A stretch of DNA of 64,000 nt from Gammaproteobacteria bacterium (GTDB lineage: Bacteria > Pseudomonadota > Gammaproteobacteria > JAURND01): positions 70,243 through 134,242 of the forward strand of contig DASZWJ010000034.1 of assembly GCA_035546635.1 (NCBI GenBank), given 5' to 3'. The translations under genes were made by a program, and so were the position numbers. Of this stretch, positions 46,306 to 55,249 are shown in pieces. Each line of letters opens with the position of its first letter. Positions within the stretch are counted from its first letter, which is position 1. The notes beneath the pieces are model-generated. The model saw nothing but the letters and a program-made list of their open reading frames with translations, was not told the DNA's origin and did not search any database.

Positions 46306-47019
46306 ATGGGTCAAAAATACGATATGCGTCGAAAATACACTAAAAAAGTGCTGGTCACAGATGAGAATTCAACGCCGGAGGCTAGGGCAGAACGGCTGAA
46401 ACGTGTGCGGAATATGGCTAATTTAACGCGAGAGCAAATGTGTCATGATGGTGCTATTAACATCAATACTTATAAAGGATGGGAAGTGGCGCGTTATGGG
46501 GGGTTACCGGTTGATGGTGCTGAAAGGGTTGTGGTGCGAGTGCGGCAGGAAGGGGTGGTTTGTACAGCAGATTGGTTGCTATATGAGATAGGGGTAGGTC
46601 CTTATGTGATACCCGATTACAAAAGCGCTGCTGAGAAAGGTGGTAAACAGGCTTATGTGGTACCGGATAATGAAGAACAATTAATCACCAATGAATTATT
46701 GTTATTCAGAAAACAGTTTCCCGATGTGATTATTTACACTATCGAAGATGATGGTTTAAGTCCAATATTTGAGCCAGGTGATTTTGTCGCAGGTATTAAG
46801 TTGTTTGCAGATAATATCCATAAGGCGCTTAATAAAAATTGCATCATTCAAACGCAAGAGGGCAAGGTGTTGGCCAGAAAACTGCAGGAGGGCTCTAAAG
46901 CCGGTGTGTATATGTTGACGTGTTCTAATATTTATACTACTACCAAAATGCCAGTGCTTTATGATGTAGCCATTGTGAGTGCGGCACCAATTATTCGTTG
47001 CTATAAAAAAGCGTTATGA
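46306..47019 (+). CDS. CI/LexA-like repressor (XRE HTH plus S24 peptidase-like C-terminal domain)
   Basis: The HTH is ERLKRVRNMANLTREQMC. The C-terminal DDGLSPIFEPGDFVAG and EGKVLARKL resemble S24 Ser and Lys motifs. The start site is uncertain; the ORF opens at TTG 46279. Confidence 0.55.
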   Translation: MGQKYDMRRKYTKKVLVTDENSTPEARAERLKRVRNMANLTREQMCHDGAININTYKGWEVARYGGLPVDGAERVVVRVRQEGVVCTADWLLYEIGVGPYVIPDYKSAAEKGGKQAYVVPDNEEQLITNELLLFRKQFPDVIIYTIEDDGLSPIFEPGDFVAGIKLFADNIHKALNKNCIIQTQEGKVLARKLQEGSKAGVYMLTCSNIYTTTKMPVLYDVAIVSAAPIIRCYKKAL

Positions 47020-47120
47020 GAGGTAATTACTAATGAAGTTCAAGGATGGGTTCCCGCCTTCGCGGGAATGACAGTGCTTTTTTGAAAATGACGTTTTTTG
47101 TACGCATATTCTGCCAAAGT

Positions 47121-47152
47121 TTAATATTCTCTTAAGATTTGTAAAATACAAT
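47121..47152 (+). promoter_or_regulatory. PmrA-type direct-repeat box plus -10 upstream of orphan ORF 47226
   Basis: TTAATATT-CT-CTTAAGATT, then 7 nt, then TACAAT. Confidence 0.55.
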
Positions 47153-47225
47153 GAGCTGATAAGGGAAATAGTATTAGGATGTTAAGCATTAAATACCCCA
47201 TTTAACAACATAAAGAGCCAAATTT

Positions 47226-48380
47226 ATGCAAGATGATGCAAAAGAAATTGAATTAGAAAAGATAGCAGACCTAGATGCTAGAGGTTTAGAGCGTCTAATA
47301 GACAATATGGATTGTCATCAATTTGCACATTTTAATAAAGCAAAAGCTCAGGAACAAATTGAGCGTTATCGTCAAGACTTGTTTGCCGCAATTAATATAA
47401 GACTAGAACATAATCCTAGCGCCCAGTTTCATTTAAAAGCTAAGTTTCTGAGCAAAATTAGTGATTTTTTTCATGATCGTGGTTACGATGGCCTCTTGGA
47501 GAAAGATCAATATTTTCAACTAGGCATGCGAAAACTTGTAGAAGCTTATGGAAAGGATACCCTCCGCATGCCCAGTTCGCTTACAATTCGTGGAACTGGA
47601 GAGCAAGCTGAAAACTTTAGAATATTGGGCAAGTCTATAGATTCTTGGCTTAAACCAGATACATTTCTAAAATCAGATACAAATAATAGTTCTAAAAGTT
47701 TTGAAGAAGATTACCCGCGCGTAATTAATACTATTAAACACTCAGGGTTAACGGATAGCCAACAATATTATTTATCACTGAAGGCACTCTTAGCCCGCAA
47801 TGAGGTTCAAAAAACATCAGGTGTTTCTGAGAAAGAAGCAACTGAACAGTTAAGTAAAGGCTGCGATCAGTTAATAAGACGATTCAGAGATGTGCCAAAG
47901 ACTAGTTTTTCCGTTTGTAACTCATTTTTAAAAGACCAACCTAAGCGTGATGTTAGCGATACACCATTATCGTCCCGATCGAGTACAACGGGCACTTATG
48001 CTCGCATACAGAGCGCAACGTCCTCAAGCAAAGAACAGCTTTTGTCTAGTATGGCTGCAGCTCGAACACGTGGTAAGGCCAAATTAAAAGAAGAAGAGGC
48101 GGCAGAATTGGTTGCGTACTCAGCTGAGCGTTCTTCTCCTGACTCTTATAAGGACATGTTTAAGGCCGCAATCGAAAGCTCTCTACTCAGTTATGAACGG
48201 GAATTTAAAGATAGAATAACTAAAGAGATTGCTTCATCATCATCACCGAATGAGAGCGAAACTAAGCAAATAACAGCAAAGGTCAAATCAGAAATGGAAG
48301 AAAAAAGACGATCAGCGACTTGGATGGCGCCTGATACCGAAGAGTTAGTTAATAGCCCGTCTTCTCTTTCAAGAAATTGA
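47226..48380 (+). CDS. Hypothetical protein; candidate Dot/Icm effector
   Basis: A 384-aa orphan with no recognisable domain. The C-terminal half is Ser-rich and charged, the tail (EEKRRSATWMAPDTEELVNSPSSLSRN) has Glu residues and small polar residues, and a PmrA-type box lies upstream. Confidence 0.4.
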   Translation: MQDDAKEIELEKIADLDARGLERLIDNMDCHQFAHFNKAKAQEQIERYRQDLFAAINIRLEHNPSAQFHLKAKFLSKISDFFHDRGYDGLLEKDQYFQLGMRKLVEAYGKDTLRMPSSLTIRGTGEQAENFRILGKSIDSWLKPDTFLKSDTNNSSKSFEEDYPRVINTIKHSGLTDSQQYYLSLKALLARNEVQKTSGVSEKEATEQLSKGCDQLIRRFRDVPKTSFSVCNSFLKDQPKRDVSDTPLSSRSSTTGTYARIQSATSSSKEQLLSSMAAARTRGKAKLKEEEAAELVAYSAERSSPDSYKDMFKAAIESSLLSYEREFKDRITKEIASSSSPNESETKQITAKVKSEMEEKRRSATWMAPDTEELVNSPSSLSRN

Positions 48381-48484
48381 TCTATTATCTCAGAATAGTG
48401 TGGTGGATTTAGATACAAAGTGCAATTCCTTTTTTCCACAAGGGGGAAAGGTAGTGCTTAACCATATCATTACCCATAAATAGG

Positions 48485-48630
48485 CACTACTCCTTCTCCC
48501 CTTGTGGGAGAAGGTGCCGAAGGCGGATGAGGGGTGAGCCTGTTATGGCAATTCAACTCAAAGCCAACTCAAACTCACCCCTCATCCGCTCTAACGGGCA
48601 CCTTCTCTCACAAGGGGAGAAGGAGTAGTG
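48485..48630. repeat. Long nested palindromic element (about 57-bp imperfect arms)
   Basis: The arms are cactactccttctccccttgtgggagaaggtgccgaaggcggatgaggggtgag and its near reverse complement. The centre (aagccaactcaaact) is shared with 16408-16588. Confidence 0.85.
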
Positions 48631-48644
48631 GCTAGTACACACAT

Positions 48645-49628
48645 TTATCTATCGCTCAAGTAAGCCTGAAGCGTACCAATATCTTTGCGCCGTAAACTAA
48701 AGTCTTCTTTCTTAATAATCGCACTGAAATATTGACAGTTATTAAAACTGAAAGAGTTTGCAATGGGAAAAATATAATTACCCCATAGTGAAACGGGTAG
48801 TTTTTTTTCTATTTCAGAGAAGAGAAATAAAAGATGGGTTTTCGTTTCTAATTTTTTAAGCACTTCAATGTTTTCTTTATGGTATTTGGCCACGTCTATA
48901 TCTTGTTGTAGCTTATCCATGCTCTTTATAACTAGCCAATAATTATGACCGGCTTTATCTAACGCCAAGTAACTGCCGGAGACATCCAATTGGTAGTATT
49001 CCACTATATTATTTTGTTTGACAAATTGCCTGAATAATTTCAAATAATCTTGAGAAGTTTTCAGTGTATTTTGCGGATCACCCTGCAAGGAGTTAGAGAT
49101 ATCTGAGAAATAGGCTAAGCGCATTTTTTTAATGTATTGATTGACTTCATCAAAAACATGGGTGGCATCTTTGGGTACAAACGCATCAATAATATCGTGA
49201 TTAAGAGATTTCACAGCAATCTCATAACTGGCGTCGCCAGTGAGCATAATTTTTTTTATACGAGAGTTGGAGATTTTTTTACAGAATTCAACACCATTCA
49301 TTTTTGGCATGGTGTAGTCGACTATGGCAATAGAGATATTGTTAAATCTCTGTTTTTGATAAATAAAATTGGATAGTTTACTGTAGTCGATTTTTTTTAG
49401 TGGATTTTCATCATCGTATTCATTGGAATTCACAAAAGTTGCTAAAGAAGATAAATCTTCAAAGACATTATTATTTTTGCTTAAAGCTTCTAAAGCGGCA
49501 TGTGGGTTATCAAATATTATCACAGAAGCACTTTCATCTAAGGCTGAGCTGAAGTTTTCTAAAAAGCTTTGGTTGTCATCGACTATTAAAATATCAGTTG
49601 GCCAGTAAAATAGGGGTGCTGTTTCCAT
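48645..49628 (-). CDS. Atypical response regulator: receiver domain with a large insertion plus an uncharacterised C-terminal domain
   Basis: ILIVDDNQSF is the acidic pocket. The putative phospho-acceptor Asp lies in IAIVDYTMPKMNG near residue 104, after a roughly 50-aa insertion. FVPKDA holds the conserved Lys. No DNA-binding motif is recognised in the last 170 aa or so. Confidence 0.6.
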   Translation of the reverse strand: METAPLFYWPTDILIVDDNQSFLENFSSALDESASVIIFDNPHAALEALSKNNNVFEDLSSLATFVNSNEYDDENPLKKIDYSKLSNFIYQKQRFNNISIAIVDYTMPKMNGVEFCKKISNSRIKKIMLTGDASYEIAVKSLNHDIIDAFVPKDATHVFDEVNQYIKKMRLAYFSDISNSLQGDPQNTLKTSQDYLKLFRQFVKQNNIVEYYQLDVSGSYLALDKAGHNYWLVIKSMDKLQQDIDVAKYHKENIEVLKKLETKTHLLFLFSEIEKKLPVSLWGNYIFPIANSFSFNNCQYFSAIIKKEDFSLRRKDIGTLQAYLSDR

Positions 49629-49642
49629 TTTAGTACCTTGGA

Positions 49643-49936
49643 TTATGAATTTGAGATGGGTTTGTTTTTTAAATGAGCAACCGTAACATCTGCCAAGAGA
49701 TTTAAATTGTTTATTTCTTTTTCGCTATTTTCCAGCAGCTTAGTTAGGATAGCTAGGTGTCTTTCAGGTATTTCTTGAGAGATGCGGAGGTTTGGTTTGG
49801 AAGCTTTATAGGCTTCGATCAATGTGGGTAAATATTTTTTGACACTGTTTATCCCTGCGCTAGTGGTTACTAGTGAAGTTTTAAGGTCATGAATAAATTT
49901 TAGCCAGGTGTTTTCTGGATTTTCAATTATCGGCAT
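49643..49936 (-). CDS. Stand-alone DHp/HisKA-like protein (97 aa), possible histidine phosphotransferase
   Basis: Its H-box-like KFIHDLKTSLVTTSAGI parallels LAHDIRSPLAAL of the neighbouring kinase. There is no ATPase domain. It is encoded between the binding protein and the response regulator. Confidence 0.45.
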   Translation of the reverse strand: MPIIENPENTWLKFIHDLKTSLVTTSAGINSVKKYLPTLIEAYKASKPNLRISQEIPERHLAILTKLLENSEKEINNLNLLADVTVAHLKNKPISNS

Positions 49937-49961
49937 CAGGACCTTGTGAATGTGAATATAT

Positions 49962-49985
49962 TCACCCCCTTTGCAAAGGGGGTGA
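49962..49985. repeat. Perfect 24-bp palindrome tcaccccctttgcaaagggggtga
   Basis: It is exactly self-complementary and lies in the intergenic space between the SBP gene and the 97-aa gene. Confidence 0.8.
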
Positions 49986-50006
49986 CGGTTTACTTAGGTA
50001 TGATTT

Positions 50007-51056
50007 TTAATGTGTATACTGCCTATTATTAAATTTCAATTTAAAAAACTTCCATGCCTGATCCATAGAATCAAAGTCCGTCTCATTGACGCGGCTATTT
50101 TGCCACCTTAGTTTGGGCAAAGCAATGAAAAAACTTTCCACAAAGTTTTTCATGGTGGGACTGGATATGCTGGTTAAGTCTTTATAAGGTGATATATACA
50201 AGGCATCATTTTGCATTTTGCTGAGAAATTCTTTGCCAGCCATCACATTGGCTACACAAACAGTTGCAGGGTTATTGTTCATTGTGGCTAAAAGATCGGC
50301 AGAAATTAGAGATAATTCTGGGTGAATCAAGTAACGGTAATTTTTATATTTATTGTCTATGGCATAAATAGCAATGCCTGGCCAGGTATAGGCAAAGGCA
50401 AAATCTGATCGTCCGTAAATATCATTCAGTTCATTAGTTAAAAATAATTTTGAATTTTTACTGAGATTTTCAAATTTTTTCAACTCGGCCATTTTATCGA
50501 TATTTTCTACATTTGTATTGAGCAGATAATAAACAAACATGGGGTCATCAATCATCACAACCGTGTTAGAGCCAGCTTTTTTAAATAGAGTAGAAATTGA
50601 GTCAGTATCAGAGAGATTTATGACTTTAGGATTCCATAAAAATCCTTCAATATTGAGCTGGAAGTATACGACATTGTGGGCATAATTTTGTTTTTCATAA
50701 TTGGCTCTGACATTTTTTTCATAAGCTTTGGTGTTTTCGAATAGTTTGCTAGTATTTTTGGTGAGCTGTTTGGCAAACATTTGATAGTCAATATTGGGAA
50801 ATATCACAATATCGTATTGGGTATTATGTTCTCGAAATCTACGGATAAATTCATCATTGGTATAATATTCGTCGTAGGAAATATTGACGTGACATTGGTT
50901 CATAATCATTTCATGTACCCAGGGGCTGGTTAAATAACCCCACCAGGTCAGTATATTGACTGGGGGGGTGCTGGGGGTTGATAGGGCGAGTAGTGGTGAA
51001 ACTAGAAAAAGACAGAAGATGAAAAGTTTCGCTAATATAATGAGAGGTTTAATCAT
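50007..51056 (-). CDS. Periplasmic PotD/PotF-like solute-binding protein without cognate ABC permease or ATPase
   Basis: A signal peptide is present. NILTWWGYL, YDIVIFPN, VVMIDDP and AYTWPG line up with PotD motifs as I remember them. Confidence 0.6.
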   Translation of the reverse strand: MIKPLIILAKLFIFCLFLVSPLLALSTPSTPPVNILTWWGYLTSPWVHEMIMNQCHVNISYDEYYTNDEFIRRFREHNTQYDIVIFPNIDYQMFAKQLTKNTSKLFENTKAYEKNVRANYEKQNYAHNVVYFQLNIEGFLWNPKVINLSDTDSISTLFKKAGSNTVVMIDDPMFVYYLLNTNVENIDKMAELKKFENLSKNSKLFLTNELNDIYGRSDFAFAYTWPGIAIYAIDNKYKNYRYLIHPELSLISADLLATMNNNPATVCVANVMAGKEFLSKMQNDALYISPYKDLTSISSPTMKNFVESFFIALPKLRWQNSRVNETDFDSMDQAWKFFKLKFNNRQYTH

Positions 51057-51089
51057 GAAAACTCCAGTTTTTATTGTTGATGTGACAGC

Positions 51090-52988
51090 TTAGAACGGCG
51101 GTTCTTTGCCGACTATTTCTTTAATCCAATACATGTCTTTAAATTGACTTTTCTCAAAACCTGTCGTCAAATACAGGTTTTGATAACCTTGTTCAAATAA
51201 TTGTTTAGCTAATATTTCTCCGCGCATATCTTCAGAAAGGTAAGAGTCTATATAAATAGGTGTGTTTTTTGCATAATGTTTAATTGCTTGCAAAAATTCC
51301 TCTACGCGATTAAAAGTCATTACCTGTTTCCCACGCAGCTCGCCTTGTAATTTCCAGGTTTCAGTTAAAACTTTATTGTCATCTAAAATGATGATGGGTT
51401 CTTCAGTTGCGGGTTGAGCTGGTTGAAATTTTATGGCAATGGGCAGTGTGATGCTAATGGTGGTGCCTCGAGTTTCTTCAGATTCAATGGCTAATTGTCC
51501 TGACCATTGATTGATACATTTTGTGGCATGTGATAATCCCATGCCATGACCTTCAGGTTTAGTGCTAATGCCATCGTTTAGTACTTTATTTAGCAAATCG
51601 TGTGACATCCCACAACCATTATCTGCGATGATAATTTTAATGGTATCTGTATCTGAGATTAAACTGATATGAATCTGGCCTTTTTCTTTTAGTGATTCAA
51701 CAGCATTATCCAATAAGTTAGAAATGACGCGCTTGAATTCTGAGGGATTGACATTAACTGCAATTTTAAGAGCATGGGGTTGAAAATTGAGATCAAAGTG
51801 AACGGTTTTATAATTGAATTGTATTTTCTTTTCAAGAACTAAACTTTCAATAATGGGTGCAATTACTTCAGGTTGCGTTGTGGTTAGAGCGGTGGTGTTT
51901 GTGGAAATGCTCTTTGGAGAACGCAATAAATTATTGGCTATGTCATTAATACGTAGCACGACATGCTGGATTATTTTTTTTTGTGTTTGGGTAAACCCAG
52001 ATAGATCTTGGACTATGGTTTGTAATGCGGCCAGCGGTGAGCGGATATCATGCGCCAACTGTGATGCAATGCGTCCAATTTTCGCTTGTTGCTCACTGGT
52101 TAAAGCCGATTTATATTTTTCTTGCCAGCTAATTAATTCATTAGCGAGATAAGCTACTTCTTCAATAGGATACTCCACTTTGCGCAAGCCATCGCCGGAT
52201 TTTAATGCAGTATTTAAAGTCATTAGTGGGGAAACGATATATTGTTGCGTAAGATAGTTGACGCGGCGCCGGTTCCAAAAGGCGAATATAATGAGGGCTA
52301 AAAATAATAATCCTATATCATAAAATATTAACCACTCTAATTGTTTGGTAATTTCAAGGTTAAGTTTCAAGCCGGTAGAAGACAGGATAGGAAAAGTGCC
52401 AAACGCTAAGTGTTTATCGATAAAGTCAATAGGTGTACATTTTGGACAATGATTGAGATTTAATTGAGATTTCAGCAAGGATTTTTCTAACAGGGCTTTA
52501 TTAAAATATAAGGTTAATTGATACTTGCATTGACCGAACTGGGTATTGAGTAAGTTGCCGAGATAACATAATTTTAAAGTGACATTATCAGGACTTACTG
52601 TTCCATCTTGGAAGGAAATACTTTGAAACAAGTTATTACTATCTATATCCTGAATTTTTATCCCTTCAATGCCGCCGCTGAAATCTTTTAAAGTTTCCAG
52701 TAAAGATAGAAAATCAGGTAGAGTAGCGGTTTTGGTGCGTTCTCCAGAGTGCAGATAATCTAAAAAAATCGGTGATGAAGCGATGATGCTAATTTTCTCG
52801 GAGAGTTGTGATTGATAAGTGGCAAATAGGCCTAGCAAAATATGATGATTTAGATATTGTTTATTGAGTTGAGATTTGTAATTGAATACACTCAAAACTA
52901 AGGTGGCTAGACAAAATATAATGACTAAAGGTAAAAGCGCTATCTGATTAATAGATTTTTTTATATCACTTATGTTATGAATACCCAT
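51090..52988 (-). CDS. Hybrid sensor histidine kinase (periplasmic sensor, HisKA, HATPase_c, degenerate C-terminal receiver)
   Basis: Two TMs flank a periplasmic region of about 190 aa. The H-box is QLAHDIRSPL, the N-box NLLDNAVESL, and G-boxes are DNGCGM and GHGMGL. The C-terminal IIILDDN...IYIDSYLSEDMRGE is receiver-like. Confidence 0.8.
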   Translation of the reverse strand: MGIHNISDIKKSINQIALLPLVIIFCLATLVLSVFNYKSQLNKQYLNHHILLGLFATYQSQLSEKISIIASSPIFLDYLHSGERTKTATLPDFLSLLETLKDFSGGIEGIKIQDIDSNNLFQSISFQDGTVSPDNVTLKLCYLGNLLNTQFGQCKYQLTLYFNKALLEKSLLKSQLNLNHCPKCTPIDFIDKHLAFGTFPILSSTGLKLNLEITKQLEWLIFYDIGLLFLALIIFAFWNRRRVNYLTQQYIVSPLMTLNTALKSGDGLRKVEYPIEEVAYLANELISWQEKYKSALTSEQQAKIGRIASQLAHDIRSPLAALQTIVQDLSGFTQTQKKIIQHVVLRINDIANNLLRSPKSISTNTTALTTTQPEVIAPIIESLVLEKKIQFNYKTVHFDLNFQPHALKIAVNVNPSEFKRVISNLLDNAVESLKEKGQIHISLISDTDTIKIIIADNGCGMSHDLLNKVLNDGISTKPEGHGMGLSHATKCINQWSGQLAIESEETRGTTISITLPIAIKFQPAQPATEEPIIILDDNKVLTETWKLQGELRGKQVMTFNRVEEFLQAIKHYAKNTPIYIDSYLSEDMRGEILAKQLFEQGYQNLYLTTGFEKSQFKDMYWIKEIVGKEPPF

Positions 52989-53070
52989 ATTTTCTCCGTT
53001 GGGCGGCTATCATAAATGATACTAACATCGATTATTTGGATTTGTATATACCGTTATTTTTTTGTTTTCA

Positions 53071-55143
53071 TCACGAGGTTTTCTTTTTTAATAAGGCCAG
53101 TGCCTGCTTGTAAACATTTTTTGTAGTAAAACCATAGTGTTCCATTAATGTTGCTGCGGGTGCGGATGCACCAAATTTCTCTACGCTAATCATCGCACCT
53201 TGTTCTCCAATATACCGCTCCCAACCTTGTGAAACTCCCGCTTCAACTGCCAGTCGCAATGGTACGGTAGGAGGCAGCACTGAATCACGATATTTTTGTG
53301 ATTGCGCTGTAAATAATTCCCAGCTCGGCATGGAAACCGTGCGCACGGCAATGTTCTTTTTCTGTAATTCTTTTTGTGCTTGAACAATTAAGCTAACTTC
53401 TGAACCGCTAGCAATTAAAATAATGTCGGGTTTGCTTTTTGGCGCATCTGCCAAAATATAAGCACCGCGTCGCAAACCTTCGGCTGAGGCAAATTCCTTG
53501 CGATCTAGTGTAGGCACTGCTTGCCTGGTCAGCACTAATGCCACCGGCGTATGACGAGTTTCTATAGCGACTTGCCAGGCGATGGCAGTTTCATTGGCAT
53601 CTGCTGGCCGGATCACAACGACTTTGGGAATGGCACGCAGGCTCGCCAGTTGTTCTATGGGCTGATGCGTTGGACCATCTTCGCCTAAGGCTAAACTGTC
53701 GTGAGTAAAAACATAAATCACTTGCAGTCCCATTAATGCCGCCAATCGCATCGGCGGGCGCATATAATCAGCGAAAGTTAAAAAGGTCGCTGTGAATGGA
53801 ATAATGCCATTAAAAGTCGCCAAGCCATTACTAATTGCGCCCATCGCATGTTCGCGAACGCCATAATAAATATTGCGTCCGGCATAAGTCCAACCACCAT
53901 CTACAGACCCTTGGGTGTCGCCTACGGCCATGTCAGGATTTTGAAAATTACCCAGGTTAATTAATTGCGTTTTCGTCGAAGGATTTAAATCAGCCGAGCC
54001 GCCAATAAATCCCGGCAGATTAGGGCTAAAGGCTTGCATGACTTTTGCCGAGGCATCGCGGGTGGCCATGCCTTTCTCATGGGCAGGAAATACGGGAATA
54101 TTTTCGTTCCAGCCTAAGGGGAGTTCTTTATTCATTAAGTGTAAAAATTCACGTGCCAAATCTGGATATTTTTTTGCATAAGCGGTCAATCGTTCATTCC
54201 AGGATTTTTCTAATTTTCGCCCTTGTAGGAGGGCGTTATGAAAATGTTTGGTGGCTTCTTTGGGTATGTAAAAATTAGGTTCGATAGGCCAGCCCAAATT
54301 TTGTTTAGTCAGCTTAACTTCTTCTACACCTAGGGGAGAGCCGTGGGCTTCAAAGGTATCATGCTTATGTGGAGAGCCGTAGCCTAGATGGGTTCTGATA
54401 ATAATGATTGAGGGACGTAAAGTTTCCTGTTGTGCATTTTTAATGGCTTGGTCAATGGCTTCTAGATCATTGCCATCTTCAATCATGTGCGTATGCCAGC
54501 CATAAGCATTAAAACGTTGTTGGCAGTCTTCAGTGAACGCTAGCTGGGTTGAAGCCGATAGCGTCATGTGATTGTCGTCATATAAATAAATTAATTTGCC
54601 TAGTTTTAAATGACCGGCGAGTGATGCTGCTTCTGCTGCGACGCCTTCCATTAAATCGCCATCGCTGACCAAAGCATAAGTAAAATGATCGATGAGATTG
54701 AAACCGGGTCGGTTATAACGTGCGGCGAGATAACTTTCAGCGATGGCCATACCGACGCCATTGGCAAAGCCTTGTCCCAGTGGTCCTGTAGTGACTTCAA
54801 CGCCTGGGGTTAATTCACTTTCGGGATGGCCGGGTGTGATGCTGCCCCATTGCCTAAATTGTTTTATTTGTTCCAGGGAAACGGCATATCCGGTCAGATG
54901 TAGCAAACTATACAACAGCATAGAACCGTGTCCGGCGGAAAGCACAAAGCGGTCGCGGTTATGCCAATTAGGATTCTTGGGGTTGTGACGTAGATGCCGT
55001 GTCCATAGCACATAGGCCATTGGCGCCGCATCTAGGGGTAGGCCAGGGTGCCCGCTATCTGCTTTTTGCACCGCGTCGATGGAAAGTGTGCGTAGGGTAT
55101 TAACGCAGAGTTGGTCTAAAGAGGAGGTTTTGCTGCGTTTCAT
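53071..55143 (-). CDS. tkt: Transketolase
   Basis: The start is set at [18 protein letters not shown] after an AAGGAAG RBS. SGHPG and the TPP-binding GDG..MEG motifs are present. The ORF-track N-terminal extension overlaps gnd and a REP element. Confidence 0.9.
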   Translation of the reverse strand: MKRSKTSSLDQLCVNTLRTLSIDAVQKADSGHPGLPLDAAPMAYVLWTRHLRHNPKNPNWHNRDRFVLSAGHGSMLLYSLLHLTGYAVSLEQIKQFRQWGSITPGHPESELTPGVEVTTGPLGQGFANGVGMAIAESYLAARYNRPGFNLIDHFTYALVSDGDLMEGVAAEAASLAGHLKLGKLIYLYDDNHMTLSASTQLAFTEDCQQRFNAYGWHTHMIEDGNDLEAIDQAIKNAQQETLRPSIIIIRTHLGYGSPHKHDTFEAHGSPLGVEEVKLTKQNLGWPIEPNFYIPKEATKHFHNALLQGRKLEKSWNERLTAYAKKYPDLAREFLHLMNKELPLGWNENIPVFPAHEKGMATRDASAKVMQAFSPNLPGFIGGSADLNPSTKTQLINLGNFQNPDMAVGDTQGSVDGGWTYAGRNIYYGVREHAMGAISNGLATFNGIIPFTATFLTFADYMRPPMRLAALMGLQVIYVFTHDSLALGEDGPTHQPIEQLASLRAIPKVVVIRPADANETAIAWQVAIETRHTPVALVLTRQAVPTLDRKEFASAEGLRRGAYILADAPKSKPDIILIASGSEVSLIVQAQKELQKKNIAVRTVSMPSWELFTAQSQKYRDSVLPPTVPLRLAVEAGVSQGWERYIGEQGAMISVEKFGASAPAATLMEHYGFTTKNVYKQALALLKKKTS

Positions 55144-55173
55144 GGTGTGGCTTCCTTGTTTGTGAATTTGTGT

Positions 55174-55248
55174 CCCTGTAAAAAGTCTTTCTTCCTTTCT
55201 CACCCCCTTTTTCAAGGGGGGTGAGGCAAAAGGGAGAGGATTACAGGG
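55174..55248. repeat. Imperfect long hairpin (REP-like) between gnd and tkt
   Basis: The outer arms are ccctgtaa/ttacaggg and the inner hairpin is ctcaccccctttttcaaggggggtgag. Confidence 0.65.
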
Positions 55249-55249
55249 T

